Source: Yuukianura sp. NJ FZ-2021
Lineage: Eukaryota
Assembly (NCBI GenBank): GCA_046563655.1
Contig: CM102289.1
Location: forward strand, 8,370,001-8,434,000
Direction: 5' to 3'
DNA length: 64,000 nucleotides
Below the pieces are notes generated by a model. It did not search any database. It was not told the DNA's origin and saw nothing but the letters and a program-made list of their open reading frames with translations. The position numbers were made by a program, and so were the translations under genes. Positions 26,214 to 39,532 of the stretch are shown here, piece after piece (position 1 is the stretch's first letter; each line of letters opens with the position of its first letter).

Positions 26214-29200
26214 ACTATGAGTCATCGAGTCTATTCGTAAACAAGCATTTCTGGATAAGAATTCTCATTTAGTTAGTGCTAATTTTTTCGTATGATTAAT
26301 ACCTCTATTTTCTATTTAACAATTTAATATACTTACGAGGAAGTTAACAAATTAATTTTGAAATGACTTTTAGTTATTTGTGTCTGGAGGAAATTTTATT
26401 ATTTTTAGTACAGTGTTTGGTCTCATCAAGAGGTCAAAAGGTCAAATTGAGAATGAATTTGTGAAACAAACAACAGTTTTAAGAATGTTTAGCACTAAAT
26501 GGAAAGGAGTTAAAGATTTTATTACTAACTGTTAGGATTTGAAACTGGGTTAAACTGTCTATTAATTTGTATTGGGACAAATAATTTGACAATTACTTAC
26601 TATTTATTAGATTTAATTGCTTTATAAACGCGCGAAAATAGACTAAATTAATTACTACTTTACGGGTTTTCAAAATAGTTATTCATTCATGTTTTTTTTC
26701 AAAGTCTTGTGAAATATGGTTTTGAAGTTGGGAAATTCTACGAATTTTTTTGAACGCTAATAAAATTTAGCCCAATTTCTAGAAAACTGTTGTAACTGTC
26801 ATTCAGATGTAAACTGAAACTTCTAAGCGAAAAACAGAATTGCCGAAATTATTTGAGTATGAAGATAAAAATGTGTCAAAATAAGACTAAACAAAAGATT
26901 TTAAGTGCTCAGATCATCCAATCCTTGGGCTCTCCCACACATTGTTATAAAGTTTACAAGTCTAATGTGCTTTTTAGACTATTTGTTGGAACTTTTATTA
27001 TTTAGTCTCGTTTTGGTTTATGAAAGCTTTAAGCACTTTGGGAATTTGTCCAAGAAGTAGTGAGAACTACATATACTTTTAGTCGGTTCTTCACAAAAGT
27101 TTGGCACTTCAAAATCCACTTGAAATTATTTTTATCAAATTTCTTTTACACACTAAAGTGACAGACAAGAAGGCGATTGTGCTACTCGTGTCTAAAGTTC
27201 ATGGAACAAAAAAAAAGCTAAACAATATGAAAACGATAGGCTTTTGTATTTTTTTTTATCCAGAGACTAACGGAATTGTTGTGCTGTTTTTCCAGTGGAA
27301 AAACCAATCATCGTCTGAAAATGATGAGTACAATTCGCAATTTTTTTCGTCTAACTTAAGAAACTGACTTGAAAAAGAGAAACGAAAATTATGAAAATGA
27401 TGAAAATGTTTTTAATTCAACATGCCATTTCAAATTCTTGTTTGTGTTTCGGTTTGTGTTGATGTTTCTGAAAAACATCAACAATCCGGAAAAACAAAAA
27501 ACAAAATGATTTCCTGTTTTCTTTTGTTTTATGAAAATTTCAAAATAGTAGTCTTTGAGAATGTATGAATTCGAAAAAAAAAAGATGAAATTTTGGATAC
27601 TAAAGTAGCTGTTTTCTGCTTCTTTTTTTTTGTAGAAACCTTTAAGTATTACTTTTGTTTTTCATTTTCTTCCTATTTTTAACTTTTTTTTTTGTTGTGT
27701 TAAATATTGCAATTTGCAACGCCAGAACGCCGCTCCATAAATTATATTTCTAACGAAATCCATGATTTCAAGATTTTTGTAAAAATATTTCGAACAAATT
27801 TTTTCCAGGCTCTAAAATTGTTTTGCAATGTCATTTTTAGAAAAACTTAATTTTTTCGACGGTTATTGAGTGTCAGTTTTTGGTTTTGCTATTGGATTGG
27901 AATGAATTGCGGAGGAAATGTTTTATTGTGGTTGCTGAATGAGAATGGATGAGATTTTGCAATGTTATTTATATTCACAGAATCTACTTAAGCCAAAAAC
28001 ATTTAACGTTCCCCTTGTTATTTGGGATCTAAATTCTAAAATTCTCTTTTGGTCTTCAGAGATCTCATCTTCACAGCTTCCCATTATTCGCATCTCCTAG
28101 GTCGGAATCGGAGCATTTCAATTTCCAGTTTCTCCTTATTGTCTTTACAATTACTTTTGATTTTAGAATTTGCAGCTTGAGGCGTATTTAAACATTTTAG
28201 CAAATGTTGCCTCAGTTTAATTATAAGTTTCCACGAAACAAAAACTTGATTTTTACTGAAAAGGCAAGTTTAGGCGGCAAAAAACTGCTGGAAACAAAGT
28301 TATTGTAAAAGATTACGTAATAAGGTAGGCTTATTTTTCTTTTACTGTGCATACAGTTTGCAACGATGGGATTTCTTGTGTCTATTTTGAAGTGTTCGTG
28401 TTACAGAGTAAGTAGTGGTCACAAAATACATTGTTGTGAAATTTAAGCATTTCTAGTGCACCATAAATTTGTTGTTTTTTTTCGAAAAGAAGATACATTT
28501 TTTTGAAAGTTTTTGAACAAAAGGAAAAGTGTCAGTTCCCAAGGATTGCAAAAGAACTGACTTTTAAGACGTGAAAAAATCCTAAAAGTCAAAAAATTTT
28601 GGGGAACCAAAAGTTAACATTTTGTTGCTCTCAGGAATTTGCAATTTCCAAATTGCAACGACGACCTTTGCAGCAGAGGTAAGCAAATTCTTACCGGTTT
28701 TTTGAGAGATCGTGTTTTTCCCTTAGTCTAAAAAGTTTTAAGTGTTGCCAAGGACTTCTCCCGTCGTCTGACCGAGAGGAGAGCAAAAAAAGAGTTTTTG
28801 CAAAAGATTTTTGCAGTTTGCCAAAAGCCGGCTGGCAAAAAGCGTCTTCATCTCGTAATTAGTCCACTACTTGCAAGGCCTTTTCTCTCTTTAGTCTTTA
28901 GGCAATCGGCTACTGTAATACAAAATTTTTTAGTTGATGATTTGATTGATGACACTTTGAGCCCGTTTTTTCTTACACCTCATGTTTAAGCATTAGGTTA
29001 ACACTAGGACTAGGTTAGTTTAAGCTTCAAGTTTATGCTCTAAGCTCCTCCTTTTATAATCTCTGCGTGTCTTGTCAGTCAGAATGGACTAAAACTTGGA
29101 CTACTGACTGCACTTTTTGTTTTAACCTTAGACAGGTATTTTCCAATCCGGATGTGTAACACAGTGGGGCTAGTGCCAAAGCGTGCGTCTTCGTCATCTT

Positions 29201-29216
29201 GACTACTTGTCAGAGA

Positions 29217-32200
29217 ATGACGCCCAGACGACAGCAACAGCGACGGTGGAGAAGAGAAAATTTAGTTTCCGAAGTAGACAGGATCCGGATTCCGGACAGA
29301 CCGAAATTAGACATTATGGGAACCGGGACTCAATTCCCGCCAACTACTGCTATGGAACAGGAACAACCTCACACGACCAAAAACTACTCAACTGGTAGTA
29401 ATGCTGGCAGTACCTGCTCTAACAAGCTTTATGGTGGCAAGTACTACTGGCGGACAACGTCTACAAGCTACTTTAAATGCTGTTCTAAAAATATTTTGGG
29501 CACGACGCTTCTCTTCATCTTCTTCGTCTTCACACAGATCCATCCCTCGGACGGTAAGTTTTGCAAAACTTCTTTACTTTTTTTAGCAACTAGTATTTTT
29601 TTTTCTGAAAATTTACGGTACTATAAAAGTTTAAAACTCGACGTTACTAGTATTGTGTCTGGCCGAAAATGGCTGGAGACGGGCATTTCAAATTTTAAAG
29701 TCGTTAAAAATGAATGAACCAGGAAAAGTTGTAAATAATAGACAGGGATTGCATAGGGTAAAGGAGGAAGTAAATGCATTTGAAAGGTGTAAAAACAGGA
29801 AACAGCGCTATCGTAGGGGTCATTTCAAAAACTTCTTTTTTCGAATTTTTTTGAAATGTCTCAAAACAACATTTTATGGGAAAAAAGGTGGCATGCTCTG
29901 GCTGTTTTTTTTTTTAAATTATGCGAGGTGAAATGTTTCGAACTTCGTATGTCAATTATGAAATGACGCAAAAAATTAAGCTTAAGAAGACGAACTGTCA
30001 CAAAAAAAAACTTTAAAGGTAACTTTTGAGCTGCATTGATTTCTTTGTTTTTCACTTTCATAGTAAGGGTTTCGCTTTGAAATTTTGGATTTTGTTTTGA
30101 ATTTTTAGTTGTACAGTTTTAAAACAGCATTAGTTGCTAGTGCAGTACACACCTTGATTAACTTGGAGTACTTAAGTGGTTCTTTAGGAAAACATCGTTA
30201 AAAATGTGGCAGTAGACTGTTTTACAGCCCTTCGAGTTTTATTGCACGTAAGATATCAAGGATGTGCTTGTTGTTTTCATCTCACAGCTTGTTTTCCTTC
30301 CCGCAATAATCGTTTAACACGACTTCATTAAAAAAAATATTTTTTAAAAGAAATTCTTGGTTAAGATTTTTTTGTTCAATTTTTTGTTTTGTTTAATTGG
30401 TAGTTTATAATTTAATTTTTTTTGGAGAGTACCGTAAAAGTTCAAGTAACGTGTGCGAGGTTTTTTAAATTACAAACCAAATTTTGAAAAAATTGTTTTT
30501 TTACTCAAGTCAATTTTTTTTCCTGCTGTTTTTCTTATTAGCGCTTTCTTCCAGGACGGCGTGTCCTTTAAGCGTCTGCTTAGCTATTAATAGCCATTCG
30601 TTTGGCGTGCTTCTGCTATTTGGAGCCAATTAAATTCCAGTCTACAGTGGCCCATTTCCAAAATCACCATTTTAACTAACTCATCCAAAGTCATTGTCTA
30701 ATTTTAAGGGAAACTGTTTCAAATTTAATTTACATTTAAACTTCTTTTTTAGTTTTTAAAATTTAAATTCAATAACTTAATAAGTAAAAGACGCGCCTTT
30801 AAAACATTTAACTCACGCGTTCAACAGAAATGGCAATGAGCGGACAAGACAAAATAACTGTTAGGCTGCGTAATTTTTCAAATTGGGCATTTCACTTTAC
30901 TCAGCAAAATTTACAAATAATTCAGAATTCGTAGCATTTTAAATGTAAACCTAACCGAAATTAATTTTTCTTGCAAATTGTCATGTTATACAGCTGATCA
31001 AACAAATTGGCATTGTTTGAGAGTTTGCGGTAAATTTTTGCTTCGGTGTTTTGTACATGTCAAAATAAATTTCTTTTCCGGCGTACGCTGCTTGTAAATT
31101 TACAAATCCATTGCTTTCGTATCGTATTTCACTTCATTATGGGTAATTCACACTCTACCGCAGAATTTATCACCGTGACTCCCATTTGCAAATTCCTAAT
31201 TTTTTTTTGCAAAGTTTATGATCATCTTCATTTGTAAGGTTGGTTGTACCAAGAATCCATAAACTGTATCGGTGCATGCACAACTAGTTGTTCGCCTTGG
31301 TACTATTCCTGAATTGTTAAGTATTTTTAACTTTGGTTAACGAAAAACCATTCTGAAGCACTTAAAGCCTCTCGAGTGGGTGTTGAATATGGTAAGTGGT
31401 GGTATTTAGCTCCTGTGCCAGTCAAAGTTTGTTGACTTGAGATTTTCTTTAACAGGTTGGGTGATACCTCATGTTTTATTCGATTTTACAAGAAAAAGTA
31501 TTTTTTTCATTTCGATGCATTGTAGTCTTATGACTACGAATTTTTTTTAAATTTTTTTTAATTTTGTATACCGATTTTTTTGCATTGGTACTAAATTGGT
31601 ACTAATTTTTTGCTGTATTTTTTTTGTCAGCAAGCAAAGGAGTACCCAACCTGTTTAAGAAAATTAAGTTTTCGTTGTCAAGGAACCATGTGTGCCAGTA
31701 TAGCACCCAAGCGTCACCTCCACCATCATTTTACACTTCTAGAGTGTATAGATTTTGCAAGGGCAAGGTTTATGATGGAATGTTTTGGAAGTGCAAGTGC
31801 AAATAATATTGTTAGGACACCGACGCTAGACGTCCTTCGACTATTCTTCCAATGTCAATGCTTTTCAAAATGACAATGAATTTTTGACAGTTCTGCACCT
31901 AAGCTAAAAGGTAGTTACTAGACGGAATGTTGAAGTGGTTGAAGTGACGTGTCCTTTGGTTGTCCCGAGACAAAACTTTGAATTGCTTCCAGCGAGGCAG
32001 CATGACAAAGAAAACTTTGGCTCTTAAGCATAACAATGGAGAAAATATTTCTGAGGCCCGAGGTTTGTCACTTTTAGCAAAAACCACAAAAGGAATTTGT
32101 TTACTCAAAATATCTACGTCCATGGAACACACTGCGGAGAACATTCGTGAAAAACTCTATGCAATTTTGGCAAAAAATGAATGTGCAAAGTGCATCTCCT

Positions 32201-35200
32201 CTACACGGTTTTACATAGGAATGAAAGAAGTCTAGACACCATTCACAGGGGAGGCTAGCTTGGAATAACGACAATGACAAATTGAATATACGAGTTTCTA
32301 CTCCAAAATTCACCAACGCCCTTGCATTTTTTTTTGCAAAATAGTAACAACCACACAATTTTTTTTGTACTGGGCTTGGGTTAGGCTAACGTGTATTCAC
32401 AACTGTCTTTCTCTGAATTTTTTTTGTACAAACTAAAAAACCATTCTGGCTAAAAAATGAAGCCTTTTTGTGTGATTTTGACGTCTGAGGAATTGTTTAC
32501 ATTAGGAATAGATGTGAGAAAGGTCTGCAGAAAATGAAATGCATCTGTCTTCAATTCAACAGCAGAATATTGCAAAAGAGCTTTTTAGTTGTGAAATATT
32601 TTGCAAAAATTTCATTCAATACAAAGGAAACACAAATTCTGCTTTCAATTGCAAATTTCAGTAGATTTTGGCATAAAAAGTTAGCGAATTGTCAAGTCTT
32701 GAATTTGTCGAATTGTCGAATGCTAAATTTTTTTTTGAAGTAGGCGCAACTGTTTTTTGTTTTGGGCAGTTTTTTCCGCTTTGAATTGGTATAGCAAATT
32801 AAATGTGTTAAACACTAGTTTTAGGTACTAAATTGGAAGGTTGGGATAGGTTAGTACTTGAAAGTATATCGTGATTCAAAAAGGCATTGTTCTACTTTGA
32901 CATTGACATTTGCATGTGAACGGAGCATGCGATGTGGGAGAAGTGCAAATATTATGACTATTCTTATTGACAAACTGGCATCCGACAATGACTTTGCCAA
33001 TTTGCCAAAAAAAATGAATTCTGAACGATTTTTGGTTGTTCAGTTGAGATATACTTCAGGCTTGACAAAACTGTTTCTCCGTAAGAAGTTTTTTTTCAAA
33101 ATTTTTTTCTAATAGTCTCACGAAAAGGTAAAATTTAGTCTTGATGAGAATTGAACACGGAAAGAAAAGTTGCATAATTTCGTTGCACTTTTATGTTTAT
33201 CCTGCACTTTTTGAAAGTGTCAGATCCCTTGATGCGCTTGAAGCGTTTTTAGCTTTGAGCAGTTTTTATTTCAAAGTCAGTCGTTGTGGATTGAAGTAGA
33301 CCAGTGGCTATGTAAAGAGTTAATTCCAATTTTGGACTTTACAACTCCATAACTTATTTAATTTACGAGACAAATCCAGATCATCGGCCTCTACTACGTC
33401 GTTTAACTTCCAAAATTAAGAGCGTAGTAAATTCCTTCTTCTCTCCAAGGAATCCATCTTCGGCCATTCACACCGAAAACTACTCTTCTCTCAAGCACCA
33501 ATTTTCTAATAGGCCAAAAATTACTTCTTCACAACAATTGTTTTCTTTAAGTTTAAGCTGGCGTAGATATCTTTGGACATGCTTAGCTAGACTCAAATGA
33601 CTGACTGACGCCTAAAAGTCATTGAATGAAATCAACTTCTATCGTAAAAACGCACATGCATAATTTTTTTAAAGCTGCGTTTCAATAGTCTGATTTAAAT
33701 GTTGTAAAAAACGTGTTTTTTTTTTTATTTTTGATACACTTCGATTAAGAAAAAATCAAAAACTTCTGTAAAATTTATAAAAAATAACTTTTTGTTTTAG
33801 TATGAGCAAAATTGTGTTTGAAGATGCTGAATGCTGAATGTGTTAATGGGCGTCATTTGTAAATTGATCTCCGGAAGCAGTTGATCTGACCGTTGACCAC
33901 TGTTGACCTTTGACTTTGGGAACTGGATCACTCCCATGCACTTTCAAAGTCCATCGTGTACTGATGATAGTTGCAATGGCAGCAATAATACTCAGACAAA
34001 GGATGATGATCAGAATGACTTTCCAGATGAATAGGTAGTCATAGGCCTGAAAGAGGTCAAAGGTCAAAGTTAGTCCTGTACATTTACAAAGTTGTTCTCA
34101 TAATGAATCAGCTACTAATTGAGTAGTTACGTAGTTCTGCTTGGTAAGATTCAACTGACGACTTGAGTTGGACTCCGTGGGAATCAGAACTAATGTGATT
34201 GTGAGAATGGTGGCCATTGTGGTCACTATGATTCGGATTTCCTTGTATGACCTCAAGAACAATGCCCATGTGAATGCAGTTGTGACCCTGGAATCACAAA
34301 ATTGGTCCAAATTTAGAAAATGAACCTTTTTTTTTTTTTTTTTTGAATTTTCAAAGTTCAAAAAAATTTCTTGACACTAGTAGCTGCTGTATTTTTGTAG
34401 TCGCAGTGAATTAAATTTACCAAGTGACTAGCAAAATGATGACGCCTGGTCCAAGCTCCATTTTTTCAAATCCTTACCAAAACTGCAACCAATTTGTTTT
34501 TTGAAAGTTTATTTTTTTTTATTTCCATTTCTCTTCTTCTATGGGTTTCACTTTCAGAATTTTGTGTATGTTTTTTGTTGTGACAAAATCGAATAGATCA
34601 GTTACCATGGCAACTCCGACCGGATCTTCAATTATTCTCTCTTCAGCTACGCTTTCACATTGGGTGTCTCCGTTTTTTAGCGGTCTTGCGTTTTCTATTG
34701 TCTATCGCTTTATTAAAATTTGTCCTTCAAATGACACCAATTTATGAGTCTCGTAATTTAAGACGCATCCGGCCAAAGAACCAAACATTTTGCACGCATT
34801 CTTATAAATTATTCGAAAGTAATTGTATCCAAAGGCTTTGGAAATATTCCATCTTCAAACTATTATTATTGAGGTGGGTTTTATTATGCGTCAAGTGCCG
34901 TCTTGATCCTAGACGCTCAATTTTTTACAATTTATGAATTTCAGACAATCAAACCGGTTTTCCAAATCGAAGTCTGACCAAATACGGCTTTTGATTTTAG
35001 CAAATGACGTATAGCGTTGCACGTTTTCAATTTAAATTTAAATGAGAATCTGTACCTGAACTTATTTCAAACTTCCTTTTTTCTTAAAAAAGACGACTAA
35101 GTGACTCACTTTTTGAATTTCAGGTGGAACTTGTTGGCTAAATGTGAACAAAAACGGGAAATGCACTGCCCTAATTCAAATGGGATTGACGAAAGAGGAC

Positions 35201-36794
35201 TGTTGTGGAAATGGGATACTGGCAAAGTCAGCTACTGCTGCTTACAGTGAAGGTGACCTCAGTTCCAGTGGCATCTTCATAATGCACATCCAAGGTGGTG
35301 TTCAGTGCACGAGGTGCAAAGGCAAGTTTCGAAATTTTGGAAAAAAAAGTTTCAAATTTCCTAAACTTATCCCCAAATTTTTTTCTTAGCAGAAACTTGC
35401 GACAACGTAAAATGTCCGGAGAACAAAAAATGTAGTTTGAAAAAAGGAGTCCCAAAATGTGTGTGTTCTCCAAACTGCTCTGCATATAGACTGCAACACG
35501 GACTAACGACGACGAGAGGAGCCGTTTGTGGCACGGATGGAGAAACGTATAAAAACGTTTGTCGCCTTCTCAAGCGATCGTGTCGTCAAAAGTTGCTGAT
35601 TTCAGTAGCCTATGCTGGAAGTTGCAAAGGTAGTAAAATTCTGCCCAAAAACTTCAAATCTTCTGCTTTTATAAAAGTTTTTACCAGAATTTGTAAAATT
35701 TTGAACTTTTCAGCGACATGTTCCAGCTTGCACTGTCCAGACAATAAACAGTGCTTGGTTGATCAAAACATGATTCCACATTGTGTGAACTGCTCGGAGC
35801 GGAAATGTCTCCACCAACACAGTGTCGCCAGGGAAAGGAAGCAGAAATTAGTGTGTGGCCTGGACGGAGTGACATATCCCTCAATATGTCACTTGAGACA
35901 GGCAGCATGTCACCAAGGCAAAGCTATTCCAATAGCTTACGCTGGACCTTGCAAAAGTAAGACAAAGATGAAAGTTTCAGTTGTTTGCGTAGAGTTAACA
36001 TTGAATTTCGAGATAAACTTTTCGCCGCGAATTTTGAAGGAGGCGGATCCGTTTTAGTGTAAAATGACCAACTGCTAAACATTCCCAGATTATGACGACT
36101 ACACGTTTAATGACTAAAGCCATTTTACTTGTTTACAATTCCGTTTCTACTACGTTTTACGACTGAAATTAACACGACAGTGAGATATTTACTACCGGAT
36201 TTTATGTTCCTACAATCTGCGTTACGCAATTACAAAAAAGTGTCTGGGAAGGGATACGCTTTCAAAGTAAACAATTTTTTGTTAATCAAAAATTACGACG
36301 ATGAAATTTTAGTCAAAAATCGTAAAATGTTGCCCAAACAGATTCAAATCAACCGCCCATTATCACAGGGGCGCACGAGCGCTAAATTCAAAACACAGTT
36401 TTACGAAATTGTTCTGAAATATGTTTAAAACATTCCAACAATTCAAAAAAAATCTTTTTTCTACAAATGTCAAATTGAAACGTTTAATTTTTTTTTAATT
36501 TCAGAAAAAGCGTCATGCCAAACCGTTCAATGCATGGATGGACAAAAATGTCTGACCGGCGTAGTTTCTGGCCAGCCAAGATGTGTGACCTGTTCAAGAA
36601 AAAGATGGTGTAAGAAGTACCAAAGGCACCAGGTCAAGGGGCCCATTTGTTCAAACAATGGGAACACTTACAAAAACTGGTGTGACATGATGGACGATGC
36701 TTGCAGTAGCGGCTATGCTTTGGAGACGAAGCATTTCGGCCAGTGCAGAGCCAGTGACCGGCGCAACAATGACCTGTCAGTGTCGTCAGCTTGA
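29217..36794 (+). CDS. Fs: Follistatin (exons 29217-29553, 35124-35321, 35393-35629, ~35714-35957, ~36505-36794)
   Basis: Hydrophobic leader, then G|GTCWL...TKEDCC N-domain and three follistatin/Kazal modules (CVCSPNC..VCGTDGETY, VCGLDGVTYPSICHLRQAAC, ICSNNGNTYKNWC..LETKHFGQC). The start codon is uncertain. Confidence 0.93.
31960..32235 (+). pseudogene. Possible decayed hAT-type transposase fragment in follistatin intron 1
   Basis: EHTAENIREKLYAIL resembles the HT(G/A)xNI...L motif of hAT transposases. No TIRs or longer ORF seen. Confidence 0.3.
33843..34461 (-). CDS. TMEM218: TMEM218-like small membrane protein, 133 aa (exons 34461-34421, 34287-34131, 34046-33843), nested in follistatin intron 1
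   Basis: Two GT-AG introns join in frame. MELGPGVIILLVTW...TITLVLIP...YDYLFIWKVILII matches the TMEM218 pattern G.GV.IL...W / LLLFP / D.FFI.R..L, with three hydrophobic helices. Confidence 0.7.
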
Positions 36795-37922
36795 GGTCGT
36801 ACTGAAAGTTATGTTAACCACCTTAAACGAAGGCTGCGCATGCGTGAAGCGTGACTGAACAAAAAATCGGTAGCAGAAGCTGGTCAAAGTATAAACCTTA
36901 GATTTATCTGAGCATGTCAGTATTTTGTTTGTGCTTTTTTGCCAATTTCTTCGAGAACAGAATATCTGCGAAATCGAAATCAAAAATTCCTTTGTTTAAG
37001 TACAACAAAAAATGGTAGTTCCTTAAAAGCGCATGAGCAGAGTTGAAAAAAGAAATTGATAGAAACTAGAATTCAAAGATTGAAACTAAACTAATTGACT
37101 ATTAATTAGGATTAGTTAAATGGCTGGTCTCGCTTCCTCAAAAGCTCTCTCCAGTATACAGTTGTCCTTACATGTAAGTGGTGATGAGAAAATTGAAAGA
37201 CATGAAGTTAATGTTATTTTCTGTTTGAGTTTAACTAGGTTTTGTATATTCTTTTCATGCAATAGTTAAGGTGACATGATGTCGAAGATGGCGACAGACA
37301 ATGTCGTCATCTAATGGTGACGGGAAGGAGATGACGAATGTCATCAACAGATTGAAGCAGACTGAATTTTGGACGTATACATGCGTTCCGAACGTGTTAA
37401 ATTTTTGTGACTAAAAGTACAGTAGTAAACGGAAGTTAAGTCGTCTCTCGGTAAGAATTTACAGATGAGAACAAGGTAAAGTACTTGAAAGATGATTTAA
37501 GACTTAAGGTACCGTTAGCTTTTAAGACTTAAGCACTTAAATGATGTATCCCGTTTTGTTCCCTACCCTACCCTTGACCCAATGCCAAACAACATTGAAG
37601 TATTCCGAAAGTAATGAAAACTATCAATTGTGAGACTAATAAAATTCAACTGAACTGAATTCAGATTCAGAACCAACTACAGCGTATAACTGTTGAAATT
37701 TTAATTCCAACTGTCAAGAACGTAAAAAATCTATATAGTAATTAACTATGCGTACTATAAATATATTGTAGTTTGAAAACCAAAATTATTATGGTATAGT
37801 ATGGCGCGATATACCGTTATTAGAAAAAATTAATGTGTTAGTTTAGAAACTCGTTATTCAAACAGTCAAATAAAAAAACAACCTCCACAAAAAGTTTTCC
37901 GACTTCGGGCCAACATTAGAAG

Positions 37923-38525
37923 TCAGTCAAGATTTGAATTTTTGCGCTCACGGACGGTGCCATCTCTTCCCTCGATGTCAATGGACTCGTAAAGCCACCG
38001 TCGGTTTTGCCTACAAAAAAAATGTATACTCGAGCACTGCACAGGTATGGTGCAAATGACTATCGATGAGGACTAACCGGCACTCATGTCCGCATCTCCC
38101 GTCTCCACATTTTTTGCATGGAAAGTGGCATCCAGGACATTCTTTGATGAGACAGTCGCAACCGTCGAACGTATGCGCAAGAATTTGAGGGCGTCCTTGA
38201 GAATCTACATTGTAACGTTTCCTACAAAACGAAACCCACATCTAGTCAATGTTGCTCCACTAAAAAAATAGTATGCTTGAATGTAGGATTACTTTTTCTT
38301 CTGTTCCATTCGTTTTTTCGGGTCGAAGTCATTCATAAACTTGAGTTCCTCCCGCAAAACTATGTCCGTCCTTCTCTGAAATAAAAAAAAAACAATTCAG
38401 AAAGCGTTAGTGGTCATCCGTTTTTGCAAAAAAAAAAACTGGTTTTCGCTACTTAGTAGTACGTCCGGTCTCCGGTGCCGCCTCGTTACAAAAGTACTTA
38501 CCACCACTGATGATGACTGTTCCAT
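37923..38525 (-). CDS. ARL14 effector protein-like (ARF7EP_C Cys-rich domain), 4 exons, about 110 aa
   Basis: [44 protein letters not shown] is the ARL14EP C-terminal signature. Exons splice in frame. Confidence 0.85.
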
Positions 38526-39532
38526 GCCGTCTGATATTATCCGTTTAATTTGTCGTTCTAGTAAAACAGGAAACCTGATTCCAATTTAATTAACTAAAAT
38601 TTTACACTAATCTAACTCAGCAAATTCACCAAATTCTGAAAACAAAACAGTGAAAAGAAAGTTTTTGTTGTTGTTGTTGATGGTTGATGTTTTGGTTTTT
38701 TTGAATTAAAAATGAGACTCCCGCCAAAACATTCCTGCCCAAGTCACCATCATCTTAGCTGGACAAATGTTAGTCCAGTAATAGCATCCGTTTAAATTAT
38801 CGTGTCACTTTTAAATAAAATATTTTGATTACAACTATAATTACTGGCAAATTAAATGAAGTTTAATTAAAATGAGCGTACTGTGAAGTTGCTTGCTTTT
38901 CTAAAATAATCATGATATTTCCTGCATATTGTTTTAGTTACTAGGAGAGGAGCTTATATCATCAGGGCGTGAAAGTGCATTCCAAAATCCAGAACTAAAA
39001 CGAGCAATACCATAATTGGCAATGTAAAAACGTTGATTAAATTAAACTTTAACGTGAGTGTGTTTCAATTGAAATAATTGGAAGACATTAATATTAATAA
39101 ATTAATGAAATTAAATTTTCACAGTAGTAGTATTGCTTTTCTATAGTACCGTATTTTTATTCCAGTTATGAATATGTTATTCTATGCATAGTTATTTTTA
39201 TATTATTTTTTATTACAATTGCAATTGCAGTTTTGTAATTTACAGTTTTAGGCAAATTGCCAAATCACTGTACCGTTTCAATTTCATTCGATTGAAAGCT
39301 TCGTTTGAGAAGGAAAGGTGACGACTTGTCTACCTACAGATTAAATTAGTGCTGCCGTTTTCGGAGATTAATTGATTCGACTGGCACTGGACTGATAGAA
39401 CCTTATTCCAAGGTAAAGTTTCTGTATTTGTATTCTGCGAAGATTTTGGTTCACATAAATACGGTCACGGTGGTCAGTACCTAATTTAATCATTCTTTGG
39501 TCGGGTTACTAATAGCACAAATGGCTTATCTA

